Assembly: GCA_036785375.1 (NCBI GenBank) | Contig: JAWMAR010000052.1 | Span: 6,200,001 to 6,264,000 of the forward strand | DNA from: Leucoraja ocellata | Taxonomy: Eukaryota | Length of the DNA: 64,000 bases | Direction of reading: 5' to 3' | In this document: in pieces, positions 37,129-49,500 of the stretch | How the letters are laid out: every line of letters begins with the position of its first letter | How positions within the stretch are numbered: position 1 is the first letter of the stretch | The notes under the pieces: generated by a model | Told to the model about the DNA's origin: nothing | Databases searched by the model: none | Seen by the model: the letters and a program-made list of their open reading frames with translations, nothing else | Made by a program: the position numbers and the translations under genes

Positions 37129-40100
37129 GAATAATCTTGTTCTTATGTAGGCCTCGCAAAGGCTGACATTTGTTGTCAAATTTTAATTAGAATCATACAG
37201 CATGGAAACAGGCCCTCCTGCCCAGCCTGTCCATGGCAACCAAAGTGCCCCATCTATGCTGGTCCCATTTGCCTGCATTTGACCTTTCTCCCTCTAAATA
37301 TTTCCTATCCATATACCGTCCAAATGTCTTTCAAAAATATTATTGTTTCTGCCCAGTAAATCCTCTGGCAGCTTGTTCCATATACCCACCACCATCTGTG
37401 TGATAATAATTGCCCTCAAGTTCTTATTAAATCTATAGAGTTCCTAATACATCTCAAACAGAGATTAATAGATATTTACTGGACATGAGAATTTTTAAAA
37501 AATGGAGCCTAGATGTGGTTGTTAGAATCACAGATCATTGATGAGCTAGCAGGAGCTAGATTAAAGGGCTCAATGGCCTCCTCCAGGACATGCATGACAT
37601 GAAACTGAACAGAGCTTGTACTTTCCTGTACAAAGTTTGTACCTTCCTGTACGGAGTTTGCACGTTCTCCCTGTGACCGCGTGGTTTTCTCCTGGTGCTC
37701 TGGTTTTCTTCCGCACTCCAAAGACATACAGGTTTGTAGGTTAATTGGCTTCTGTAAATTGTAAATTGTCCCTTGTGTACAGGATAGTGCTAGTGTGCCG
37801 GGTGATCGCTGGCACAGTGGGCCAAAGGGTTTGTTACAGCGCTGTATCTCTAAACTAAACTAAACGTGAAAGGACCAGACAGAAATTGGAGACCATCCTT
37901 TAATTACAGACCCCTTTGTACAATGCATTTGGGTAGTTGTCAGACTGTTTCTGTTGTGGGGTATTTGCAGAATTAGGAAACAATTTGACCTGCTGATTGA
38001 AAGGTTAACTCCCTGCTCTGTGCCCACTGCAATTTTGTACATTAACGGATTAACAGGAGTCATGTCGCAGGGTTACGATGTGCTATCCAGAATGATAAAG
38101 CAGGCCACCTGAAAGTAAGGAACAATGTTTCAAACAGATTCAGATGGGATTACCTGGCATTGCCAATATAGCCAGAGGGTTTTCCACAAATGTTCCCTGT
38201 ACTTGGGTGGGGGGAGGAAAAGTGAAAGAACATTTCCCACCTCTATCTTTCTGTCTGAAGAAGGGTTCCGACCCAAAACGTCACCTATTCCTATTTTCCC
38301 CCCAGAGATGCTGCCTGACCCACTGAGTTACTCCAGCATTTTGTATCTATCTTCGGTATAAACCAACATCTGCAGTTCCTTCCTGCACAACAGATAGTTA
38401 ATCAATGGGCGAGAGAGTGTTAGACCATCTGTGTGCAAGATCACACTTGTGCAAGAATACCTTTGAGCAATACAGAGTGTGAGAATGTGCAAAGGAATTT
38501 TCAGGGATCCCAGTCAGCTGTCTCCAATATTAATTATGTCCAGAGTCATGCATACAGAGTCACAGAGTTTTCACCCAGAGTAGGAGAGGCAAGAGCCAGA
38601 AGACATAGGTTTAAGGTGAGGGGGGAAAGATTTCATATAGGGACTCGAGGGGTAACTTTTTCCACACTGGAAATGAGCTGTCAGAGGCGGTAGTTGAGGC
38701 AGGTACTATAACAACATTTAAAAGACTGTTGGACAGGTACATGGATAGGAAAGGTTCAGAAGGATATGGGCCAAACACAGGCAGCTGGCACTAGTGTAGA
38801 TGGGGCATCTTGGTCGGCGTGGACAAGTTGGGCCGAAGGGCCTGTTTCTATGCTGCGTGATTCTTTGACAGGCATCTGGGAGAAAAGCACGCGTAAATTA
38901 TCTTTTTGCAATATGGGATTATTCCTCCTGAGCAAAACATCAAGGAAGAGTAGACCGCATGGAAAGAGGAAAACAGATACTAAAAAAAAAATACTGAACT
39001 TAAAAATGAAGTTTTGAAAACCAAACATTCAATCAAGTGGAGCAAGCACAATGTGTCTGGGTAGAAATCCTGGAGGAGGGGAATTTTACTCGCTTTTCGC
39101 TTTAGAAATATTCACTTGACTGGAGCTGCCTGCAGCGTATCAGGATTTCTTTTAGCTGCAGAGCCTTCGCATTGAGCAAAGGCAATACCTTCCTTTACAA
39201 AGCCCAGATTCCTCCACTCCCCTCCGCACAGCCGCTGGGTACGGCTGCGCCTTTTCTCTCTTTTATTTTAACCCCTCTTGTAAAGGTTAAGTTTGTGTGT
39301 GTAAACGGTCATGTCGCACAGCTATGAGAAACAGCCACCCCCTGCAACTGGCGAGCAAAGACAGTGACCTGCAACCCTTGTTACTCCTGCAAAAACAAAC
39401 AGAGATGGCACTGTACCCTCTCCTTATTAACCATCTGTTGCTACCAGTGGTTGCACTGTGCCACGACACAATGCAGCCCGCCTTCCACCGGGCCACCCAC
39501 AACTAACGCAAAAGCCTCCTCCCCCAGCCCCCTTGTTGCAAGCAAGGGACCCTAAAGCTTCCCTCTGCACCACTCCGACCCTTCAGGAGAACACACAATG
39601 CGGCAGGGTTGGAGGACGATGAGGCATGTTGGAAGTGCAATAAGGCTTTTCAATGCAGCCTGCCTTTCATTGCTGGCTGCGTAGCAACACAGATTTGGTT
39701 GACATCATTGTGGGGATCTAAGCCAGGCTGTGCAGCCTTAAAGAGAAAGGGGAGGGGGTGAAGTTTAACTGATTAAGGTCGAGGTGGGGCGTATTGGTGG
39801 GTAGGTATGGCTGCATCGGCTGCGGCACCACAAAGTCATTGTATCGGCTTTTTAAAAAAAAAATCTAAAAGGGAGAACCTTTAAATAACACACAGGGTGC
39901 CAAGTAGACTTGAGGATAAGGCACTGGGGTAAAAATGAGATTCAGGAATTGAGAATATCCAAGAGAGTAGATAAATGTGGAGCATTAAAGGGGAGATCGA
40001 AAAAAAATGGAGGGAGATGGAGAGAAATTACAAACGCAAGTGAGAGGAGGATGGGTCAAGCAACGTGAGAGATTGGGAGGTTTTCCCAACGATCCCCAGG

Positions 40101-41864
40101 GACTTTATTGACCCAAACCTTGTTCACATCCTCTGCTTTTGAAGGCGAGTCAAAGGCAGGGGAGAGGGGTAGATGGGGGGTGGGGTGGCTGGGAGACACT
40201 ACATTATGATGCGCCTCATACCTCTCCAATGAGGAAGGAATGCTGACCAAATTGATCGTGGGAGACCTCTGCCCTTACTCCAGTAGTGTCTATCTGGACA
40301 ACTAGCTGAACACCCAGTTTTATACACCCACCGCAAGCAATGGCATCAGGTGCTACTTCCTCAATGCTGCGCAGGAGAAGTGAGAAGAGAACACAACTAG
40401 GATGGAGAACAAAAACTAAGTTTAGTTTATATTGTCCCATGTACCAGGGTACAATGAAAAGCTTGGTTTTGCATGCTATCCAAATAGATCAGATATGGCA
40501 TCCATAAATATAACCAAGTCAAACTCAAGTAGAATAGGTAGAGCAAAGGGAAAGGCACAGAGTGCAGAGTATGGCTCTCAGCATTGTAGCGCATCAGTTC
40601 CAGGGACAAAGTCTAATGGGCTAGAGGTGAATCAGACAGTACCCTAGAATATGGAAGGACCGTTCAAAAGCCTGATTACACAGGGGAAGAAGCTGTTCTC
40701 TAGTCTAATTGCTGAATTAGAGGAAGCTGAAAAGCTGCCGACTGCGCGGTTCCTGTGTACAAAGCTCATCACAGGTGGATGGACCAGTACTGGGAACAGT
40801 TGGCCACTGGCTCCCACAGGGACATTCTCCTCTGCCGTTTGTACACCTCCCTGGGCCAATATCACTAGAGCACAATGTTTTTTGCTTGTGGGATCTTCCA
40901 AGTGAATGATCTGCTGTAATCATCCTACTTTGAAACACTGACTGACCGACAGAGGTACCTAATCTGCTGTAAGCCTTTTTGAGACATCTTGAGTCAGAGT
41001 GGAAACAGGCCCTTCGGTCCAACTCATCCACGCTGACCAAGATCCCCATCCAGGCTATTTGCCTATGCCTGCCTCATCTACCTCATCTGGCAGCTTGTTC
41101 CATGCACCCACCACCCTCTGTGTGCAAAGTTGCCCTTCAGGTTCATATTACATTTTTCCACTCACATTTTAAACCTTTGGCTCTTGATTTCCCCACCCTG
41201 GGAAAAAGACTGTATATTCCACTCTATCTACATCCTCTTGTTTATACAATGCTACAAGATCACCTCCAAGAAATAAAGTCCTAACCTCGAGGTGCTAAAC
41301 AGGGCACATACATCATTAATTTATCTTGTGATTTATTTGATTGCATCTGATTCTCACTATTTATCATTATAATTTCATTTATCTTTCCCTTTATATCGAT
41401 CTTGAAGATTTCAATCAATACCACAGCACTCGAGTTTTTGTTTTAAACCAGGAGTGGAGGTAATGAATTGACATCTAGAGAGGATAGTCACATTTTAAAT
41501 GGCCCTTCTGTTTGAGCTCCGTACACGGCAGACCCCACACTGATGTCGACCCTACCAAAGAATCCACGTTGTTAGACAAAGTACAGGGAAATTGAAGCAT
41601 AATCAGAAACAGAGACTGGGGCGTGAAGCTAAAGGAAGATTCTCACCCTTTTACACTTAATCTGAAGACATCAACAGTTTCAAAAATAGAACAAAAACAC
41701 TTCAAAGAATGTTTAGATGTCAAAGTAATACTTTAAACAAATGCACACCTTATTCCTCTTGAGCCCCAGCTGCCCTTTGAAGCTAAACTTACACAAGCTT
41801 CACGTTCTGCCAGACTATTCAGAAGCGATTGTTAGATTTGCTTTTTTTGATATTCTAACTTGCA

Positions 41865-42255
41865 TCAGCTGTGGGCAGGACTCTCCCATCTGTAAGTTAA
41901 GTGGTTGTGGGTTCTGAGCACACGACCTAGCGTGACACAACTAGTACAACACCTATGCTGCACGTGGAGATGTTATCTGTATAGGATGCAACATCGCACT
42001 TAGTCTGGCCACTTCGATCATATTATCGTGAAGAAACATCAGGGATGCTCTCTCCGGTATCCTGGCCTATATCTGTCCCTCAATAATCATAACTTCAACA
42101 GATTTGTGCCATTTATTTTGTTGCTTCCCTTTGCTTTCTGTCGCAATTTGAGTGCCTCGATGTCTCATGACTAAACTTTACAAAGCGCTTCATTAGCTGT
42201 AAGGTACTTTGGAGCATCTGAGATTGTGAAAGACACTACAGAAACACAAGATTTT
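41865..42255 (+). mobile_element. Degenerate DeuSINE (SacSINE1/AmnSINE1-like)
   Basis: ctctccggtatcctggcctatatctgtccctcaa...cttcattagctgtaaggtactttgg...gtgaaagacacta resembles the Deu domain and tail. Confidence 0.6.
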
Positions 42256-42761
42256 CTGTCATTCCCTCTTCTCCACTCTCCCATCGGACAAGAGGTACAC
42301 AAGTGTGAAAACGCAAATGTCCAGATTCAGGGACAGTTTCTTCCCAGCTGTTATCAGGTAATTGAATCATCCCATCATCAACTAGAGAGCAGTCTTGACT
42401 TACCATCCACCTCAATGGAGACCCTCGGACTATCTTTAATCGGACTTTGTCTACAACTAAACATTATTCCCTTGTCCAGTATCTGTACATTGTAGACAGC
42501 TTGATTGTAATCATGCACAGTCTTTTTGCTGACTAGATTGCACGCAACAAATAGATTTTCACTGTACCTCGGTATACGTGACAGTCAATAAACTAAACTC
42601 AACTAAAGTACTTAGCTGTGAGGAAGGCCACAAAGAGAAAATCCAGTCTCTGCTCACAAATAACCTTAGGGTTTTGATGCTGGACCAGACTGGAGCTCAT
42701 GTTCAACGCAATGCATGTAAATAGGTCGCCATTCACAATGATATACAAGCATTATACAAGT

Positions 42762-44000
42762 GCTCAGCAACTGCGGCTCTGAGTTCGATCTCTTCACTGT
42801 GGGAACGGGGGTCAAACAGGGATGCATCATCGCACCCACCCTGTTTGTCTTCTTCATTGCTGCCATACTTCACCTCATTGGTGAAGAGCTGCCACAGGAG
42901 ATCCCAATCCTCAACAGAACTGACGGTGGGCTCTTCATCCTTAATAGGTTGAAGGCCAAGAGCAAAGTTAGTAACACTGCTATCATAGAACTTCAGTATG
43001 CGGACGACTGTGCCATTACAGCACACTATGCAGAAGACATTTAGGGCATCCTGAATGCCTTTGCCAAGGCATACAGAGCCCATGGGCCTAGCCCTAAATA
43101 TCAAGAAGACCCAGGTCCTACATCAACCTCCACCCAACCAGCCGTCTACCCAGCCCACTATAAAAGTGGAAGACACCACTCTTGAAAACGGTGACCACTC
43201 CCCCAACCTTGGCAGGATTTTCGTTCCTCAAAAGCTGACTCTGAAGTTAACCGTCGCCTGAGTTGTGCCAGCGGAGCCTAAGCCAGACTCAGGAAAAGAG
43301 TCTTTGAAGACCGATACCTAAAGGCTCAAACAAAACTGCTGGTCTACAGAGCCGTTGTCCTCTCCACCCTGTTGTATGGAGCCAGGTCATGGACCACCTA
43401 CAGCAGGCACCTGAGAGCCCTGGAACAATACGATCAAAGATCCTTACAAAAGATTCTGAGCATCAGCTGGGAGGACAAATGCACCAACATCAGCGTTTTG
43501 GAGGAAGCCAACATGACCAGCATCACCACCACAATAATACAGCACCAACTTTGTTGGACTGGCCATCGCATGTCCATCACACGTCTCCCTAAACAAATCC
43601 TGTACTGTCAATTGAAGGAAGGTCGGCGAGCCCCTGGCGGGCCAAAAAAACGCTTCAAGGACAACATCAAGAACAGTCTGAAGAAATTCCACATCACATC
43701 AAGCAACTGGGAGCACACTGCACTGGTCAGGCGCTCCTGGAGGAAATCCGTACAGGAAGGAGCTGCACTTCACGAAATGGAACTACGCTGTGTTGCAGAG
43801 ACAAAGCAGCAGCACCGTAAGGAGAGAGAGAGAAGGGGGCTCAACGACTACCAACCACCGCCAGTCTCCAATGCCCACGTTGCACCAAGGTGTCTGAATC
43901 GCGGATTGGCTTCTACAAACATCTGCAGACTCACAAGTAGACGACCCTATGGAGAGGAGAGGACAGTCATACTCGTTTCGAGTGACCGCCGATGATAATG
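42762..44000 (+). mobile_element. 5'-truncated RTE-clade LINE with 17-bp TSD
   Basis: GVKQGCIIAPTLF, LQYADD (42997-43008), LYGARSWTTY, RLPKQILY; TSD ACAAGCATTATACAAGT at 42745-42761 and 44001-44017; short gatgataatg tail. Confidence 0.92.
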
Positions 44001-44603
44001 ACAAGCATTATACAAGTTGCTAACCATACCCGATTAAATAAAACATTTACATACATTTAGCATTCCCATTTCTCAATAACAATAACATTTTATTGGCCAG
44101 ATTCATAACTTAATTCCTGTAGCCTCTTGGCATAGAATAGGATATTTGAAGAAGTCACCAACTAACTTTCCTATTGTAGAAACAAGGAACTGAGGATGCT
44201 GGCTTCCAAATAAGGCACAGAGTGTTGGAGTAACTCAGTGCGTCAGGCAGCATCCCTTGAGAACATGGATAGGTGACGTTTCAGGCTGGGACCCTTCTTC
44301 AGATTTTGGTGGGATGGGAGAAAGCTTGAGGAGAGGAGGGGCAGGACAAAGCAGATCGTTGGGCAAAGGCTAGAGATAAAAAGACCAATGATTGAGATAA
44401 AGATAGAATAGTTGTGAATTGTGAAGACAGTGGAGGGGAACGTAGGTGTATGGGGAGCAGGAGGGGGGTAATGGGCGTGGTTGATCTACATCTTATGGTA
44501 ACCATAGACTCCTTCTTCACTGTCCTGCCTCAATTTTGGTGTCATCTTCAAACTTACCAATCATGCTACCTATATTCCCATCCAAATCACTAACATATAT
44601 AAC

Positions 44604-44970
44604 TGTGGATGAAGTCTTCTCACCCACCACTCCACCTCCAGGTCCCTCAGATCGGCCGACTTGGGGCTGCTGAATATCCCGCGGTCTAGGTATAAGCTTA
44701 GGGGCGACCGCGCCTTTGCGGTTGCAGCTCCTAGACTGTGGAACAGCATCCCCCTTCCCATCAGAACTGCCCCCTCCATCGACTCCTTTAAGTCAAGACT
44801 AAAATCTTATCTATACTCCCAAGCCTTTCCTGACTTCCACTGAGTGAGGGCTATATGTATATATGTATGTAGTTTGTTTGTTTATACTATTCATATAACA
44901 AATGTAAAGCACTTTGGCCAATGAGAGTTGTTTTTTAAATGTGCTATGTAAATAAATGCGACTTGACTTG
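44604..44970 (+). mobile_element. L2-clade LINE 3' end nested in an older CR1 fragment
   Basis: RSLRSAD...GDRAFAVAAPRLWNSIPLPIRTAPSIDSFKSRLKSYLY; (GACTT)n tail. Confidence 0.85.
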
Positions 44971-45920
44971 ACAAATGATGGAAGACCCAGTACTGGTCCT
45001 GTGGCACACTACTGGTCGCTGGCCTCCACCTGAAAAACAATCCTTCACTACCACCCTCTGCCTCTTTTCACTCAACTATTGTATCCACTTTGCTAACTCA
45101 CCCTGAATCCCAAGTCTTCTAATCATCTCGATCTGTTACCGCACAGGACCTTGTTAAAGGCCTTGCTTTAGTCCAGTTAGGGCTAAGAAGACATTGCCAC
45201 CGCATTATGTTGGATTGGATTGCACTTCAGTCAGAGGAAGCTTTGAAAGGTCAGTGTTGTCAGAAAGTGCAATACCAGGCACCATCTGAGCTTTGGTATC
45301 TTGCCAGGTGGGTCTGTACACTTCCGAATCATTGCTGTCAGTAACAAGATGTCTTCTTTGATATGGTTCCCCATCTCATCTCTGCAAAGCTTTCAGTAGA
45401 TAAAGAGACGGCAAACTTCCAGTTTGGCAAAGAGCAGAGTTTACAAAATTGTTCACCAAGGATGAGGGTGAGATCACATCAAAAGATCCCACGTTGGAGA
45501 CATGCCACATCAAGGAATCCCAGTCATACCACAAGCTACTGGAGCTGGCAGAGTGTTGCAAACAAGGGGATTGAAGTGATCCAACCCATCACATTTGATG
45601 TTTATCCTCGGCCAAACAATATTTAACACTACATTTTGGCACATTCATCAGTCTGAAGAAGGGTCTCGACCCAAAAAGTCACCCATTCCTTCTCTCCAGA
45701 GATTACTCCAGCATTTCATGTCTATCTTCGATTTAAACCAGCATCTGCAGTTCCTTCATACACTACATTTAGCACTTTCCGAGAACTTTCAACTTTAGAG
45801 AAACGGCACGGAAACAGTCCACGCCGACCAGTACACTAGCACTAACCTACACACTAGGGACAATTTACAGAAGCCAGTAAACCTACAAACTTGTACATCT
45901 CTGGAGTGTGGGTGGAAACT

Positions 45921-46510
45921 CCTTCTGCAGTTGTACAGAGCCCTAGTGAGACCACACCTGGAGTATTGTGTGCAGTTTTGGTCCCCTAATTTGAGGAAGG
46001 ACATTCTTGCTATTGAGGGAGTGCAGTGTAGGTTTACAAGGTTAATTCCCGGGATGGCAGGACTGTCATATGCTGAGAGAATGGAGCAGCTGGGCTTGTA
46101 CACTCTGGAGTTTAGAAGGATTGGAGGGGATCTCATTGAAACATATAAGATTGTTAAGGGCTTGGACATGCTAGAGGCAGGAAACATGTTCCCGATGTTG
46201 GGGGAGTCATCTGGACCACAGTTTAAGAATAAGGAATAAGCCATTTAGAACGGAGATGAGGAAACACTTTTTCTCACAGAGAGTGGTGAGTCTGTGGAAT
46301 TCTCTGCCTCAGAGGGCGGTGGAGGCAGGTTCTCTGGATGCTTTAAAGAGAGAGCTATATAGGGCTCTTAAAAATAGCGGTCAGGGGATATGGGAAGAAG
46401 GCAGGAACAGCGTACTGATTGGGGATGATCAGCCATGATCACATTGAATGGCGGTGCAGGCACGAAGGGTGAAATGGCCTACTCCTGCACATATTGTCTA
46501 TTGTCTATTG
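45921..46510 (+). mobile_element. CR1-clade LINE 3' fragment inserted into a V-SINE (halves 45795-45920 and 46511-46675)
   Basis: YRALVRPHLEYCVQFWSPNLRKDILAIEGVQCRFTRLIPGM; (CTATTGT)n tail; GAAACT repeated at both junctions. Confidence 0.88.
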
Positions 46511-49500
46511 AAACTGGAGCACCTAGCGAAAACTCACGTGGTCCCAGTGAGAATGTACAAAATCCACACAGACAGCATCCTTAGTCAGGACAAATGGCCT
46601 AATTCTGCTCCTAGACTTATGAACTCAGGTCTCTGGCATATTAAGGCAGCAACTCTACCGCTGTGCCACTGTGACACATCATTCCTGATATTGTTTATTA
46701 ATTAATAATTCAAAACCCTCCATCCCACTCACTCCCAGGTATGTGATATTCTAAATAAAAAAATGATTTACCCCTAGGTCACAGAAGAACACAATATAAC
46801 AGTGAGAACAGCCCTAGAGGTCTCAAGCCTGCACTGCTATTCAGTAACACGGCTGATCCTACACTTATTTCTATTTTTTTCCAATCCTTTAGTTGCCAAA
46901 AATCAGATCTTATATTTAATCTTTCAAAAATGTATTGATTTTATTGGGATGTATAAAATCATGAGGGGGACAGATAGGCTGAATGCAAGGTCTGGTACCC
47001 AGGCTAGGGGAATCAAGAACCAGAGCACATAAGTTTAAGGTGAAGAGGCAAAATTTCCTAGAAAAGTGAGGGGCTACTTTAACACACAGAAGGTGGTGGC
47101 TATATGAAACAGGCAGCTAGAGGAGATAGTTGAGGCAGGTACTATAACAGTGTTTAAAAGACAGGTGGACAGGTACATGGAGAGGTACGATTTGGAGGGA
47201 TATAAACTAAACGCATGCAAATGGGACTAGCTTAGAGGGACACCTTGGACAGCATGGACAAGTTGGGCTAGAGGGCTTGTTTCTATGCTGTATGACTATG
47301 ACTATCTATGACTTGGTGGATCTTGCACAAGCAAAAATGAACCATTCTGAACATCTACAATGTTATGCATTGAAGAAATATCCTCACATCTCAAACCTAA
47401 ATGGTTAATCCCTTACCCCAGGAGAAAATAGCTACCCTGTCACTCCCTTGAGAGTCTTTAGTTGGATACCCTCTACTTTCTGCATTGCAATGAGTACAGA
47501 CTCAAGTCTTACTTGATCTTTCCTCATAGCATAAACTATCCCACTGAACTAATTTCAAGCGTACAGAAGTGTCCAGTCCCAAATCCAATCTGCTTTTCTA
47601 TGCAGAAACCACCTGAGTCCCTCTATTAGATTCCATCCTGTAATTCACTTCCAGGTATGTTCTTCAATAATTGAAGCCCCTGAACCCTTCAATTACATTC
47701 TACCCTGTAACTCACACTCAGGTATCCACCATTCTACATATAAACTTCCCAAACACCTTGATTAGATTCCAGACTATAACACACTGCCAGGTGTCCATTA
47801 TTCGAGTTATAAACAGCCCAGCGGGGAAAATGTAAAGGTGTGTTTATTACTTTTGATGTATTTTTCAAACACCTCACCTAACACAATGTTTATCAATAAA
47901 AAGCTGCCTACAGGGGCAACAGCACAATACCACGCCAAGCCGACAGGCAGGTCAGACGTGACTTCAAGTCTCAGTCTGTGCTTGGATAACAGATCTCAGT
48001 TGGACTAGTGAAAGGTGCGATCAGTGAAAGGTTATGCTGACCGCAAGTTATTGCCTGATAAGGGCAGATTCTGGTTGGGGGGGGGGGGGGGGAGAGAAAT
48101 ATATCACCATTCACAATCTATACTCAGCCAGCATTAACACAATGCTGGACTTTACTGGACATTATCTTCCACTAGATGTTATTTCCTTTATCCTGTATCT
48201 GTACACTGACGGTGTGATTGCAATCATGCATATAGTCTTTCCACTGACTGGGTAGCACGCAACTAAAAAGCTTTTCACTGTACCTCGGTGCACATGACTA
48301 TAAACTAAATCAAACTAAACTATACAAAACGATGCTGGACATTGGGTCAAACTGGCAAACGTTGACCTCTAGGGGAAGATGGACAAAAAAAGGAGAAAGA
48401 GAAAAAAGATTCTTTTTCTGCTGGACTGTAGTGAGGTTGCAGGCAGGTCCAGCTGTCGTCCAGTCTGAGGCAGGTTCTGTTGCCTCTCAGTGCAGCTTGT
48501 GTTTATTCCTTGATTGGTGCTGACTTCAGCGGTTTACTTCAAAGGGCTCTCCCTTTCCCCGAACACCTGACGTTCTGTCTTGAATGGTGGGAACCTGCAT
48601 CGCAAGCCCGGGCACGAGCTTCAATAGCACGACATGCAGAGAAAAAGCTTCAGATAATGGAAGATACAAAAAAAAGGGGGAGGCCGAGGTGGCCCCTATA
48701 TGTGGGAGAAAACACACACAATCACACACAAGACATTTGCCATCACAATGGCTCACAAAGGTAAACCTGTACCAGGGCTACTTTGTACTTTGACAAAACA
48801 TACATGATTACACACACAGAAGATAAAAGGATGAAAGCAAAACATCTGTTTCACAGCAGCCCATCTGGCCCCCACAAGGAAAAAAAAAGATAAATCCAAA
48901 CTTCCAGATCCTTACATTATCTTCACTGACCAAACTATGCACAGCAACAATTTATACCTCAGGTATCTATAATAATTCAGTGTATGAACTACCTAAACAT
49001 TTTGATTTGACCACAAACCTTTGAATTCACTTCCGTATATAAACCACCTGAATCACTTGATTTGATTTCAGACGAACTAAATCCCAGGGATGTTTTAATA
49101 CATATACAAAAAGCACTTGATATTCCTATTTAGTCCACAATTATTTATCCAGATCAATTGTAATTTCCACCATATAAAAATTATTGATAATTATTCTTTT
49201 CTTTCAATACCCAAGTCTGGGGTGTAACCCATATGTTAGCACACAACAAACTGGGTAGAAAGCAAAAAAAGCTTTTCACTGTACCTCGGTACATGTGACA
49301 ATAAACTAAACTAATATACAAGGGTGGTATATATAGGTTGACAATAATATTGGCATGTCACAGTAGGCACAGTGCATACATTTACGATACAGAAATAGCT
49401 GGTGACGGACTTGCTCACTTCAAACTCGTTTTGTTATTGATAAGCCACCATGGTCAGACCATATGAATGAACTAAGCACAGCCTTGAATGTTTCCTTAAA

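Noticed and set aside
38059-39318. Shared 11-mer GTCATGTCGCA in two candidate enhancers
   Set aside because: An 11-bp match is expected many times by chance in 64 kb.
39333-39350. Possible reverse CTCF motif GCCACCCCCTGCAAC
   Set aside because: Mismatches at the conserved CC end of the core; too weak.
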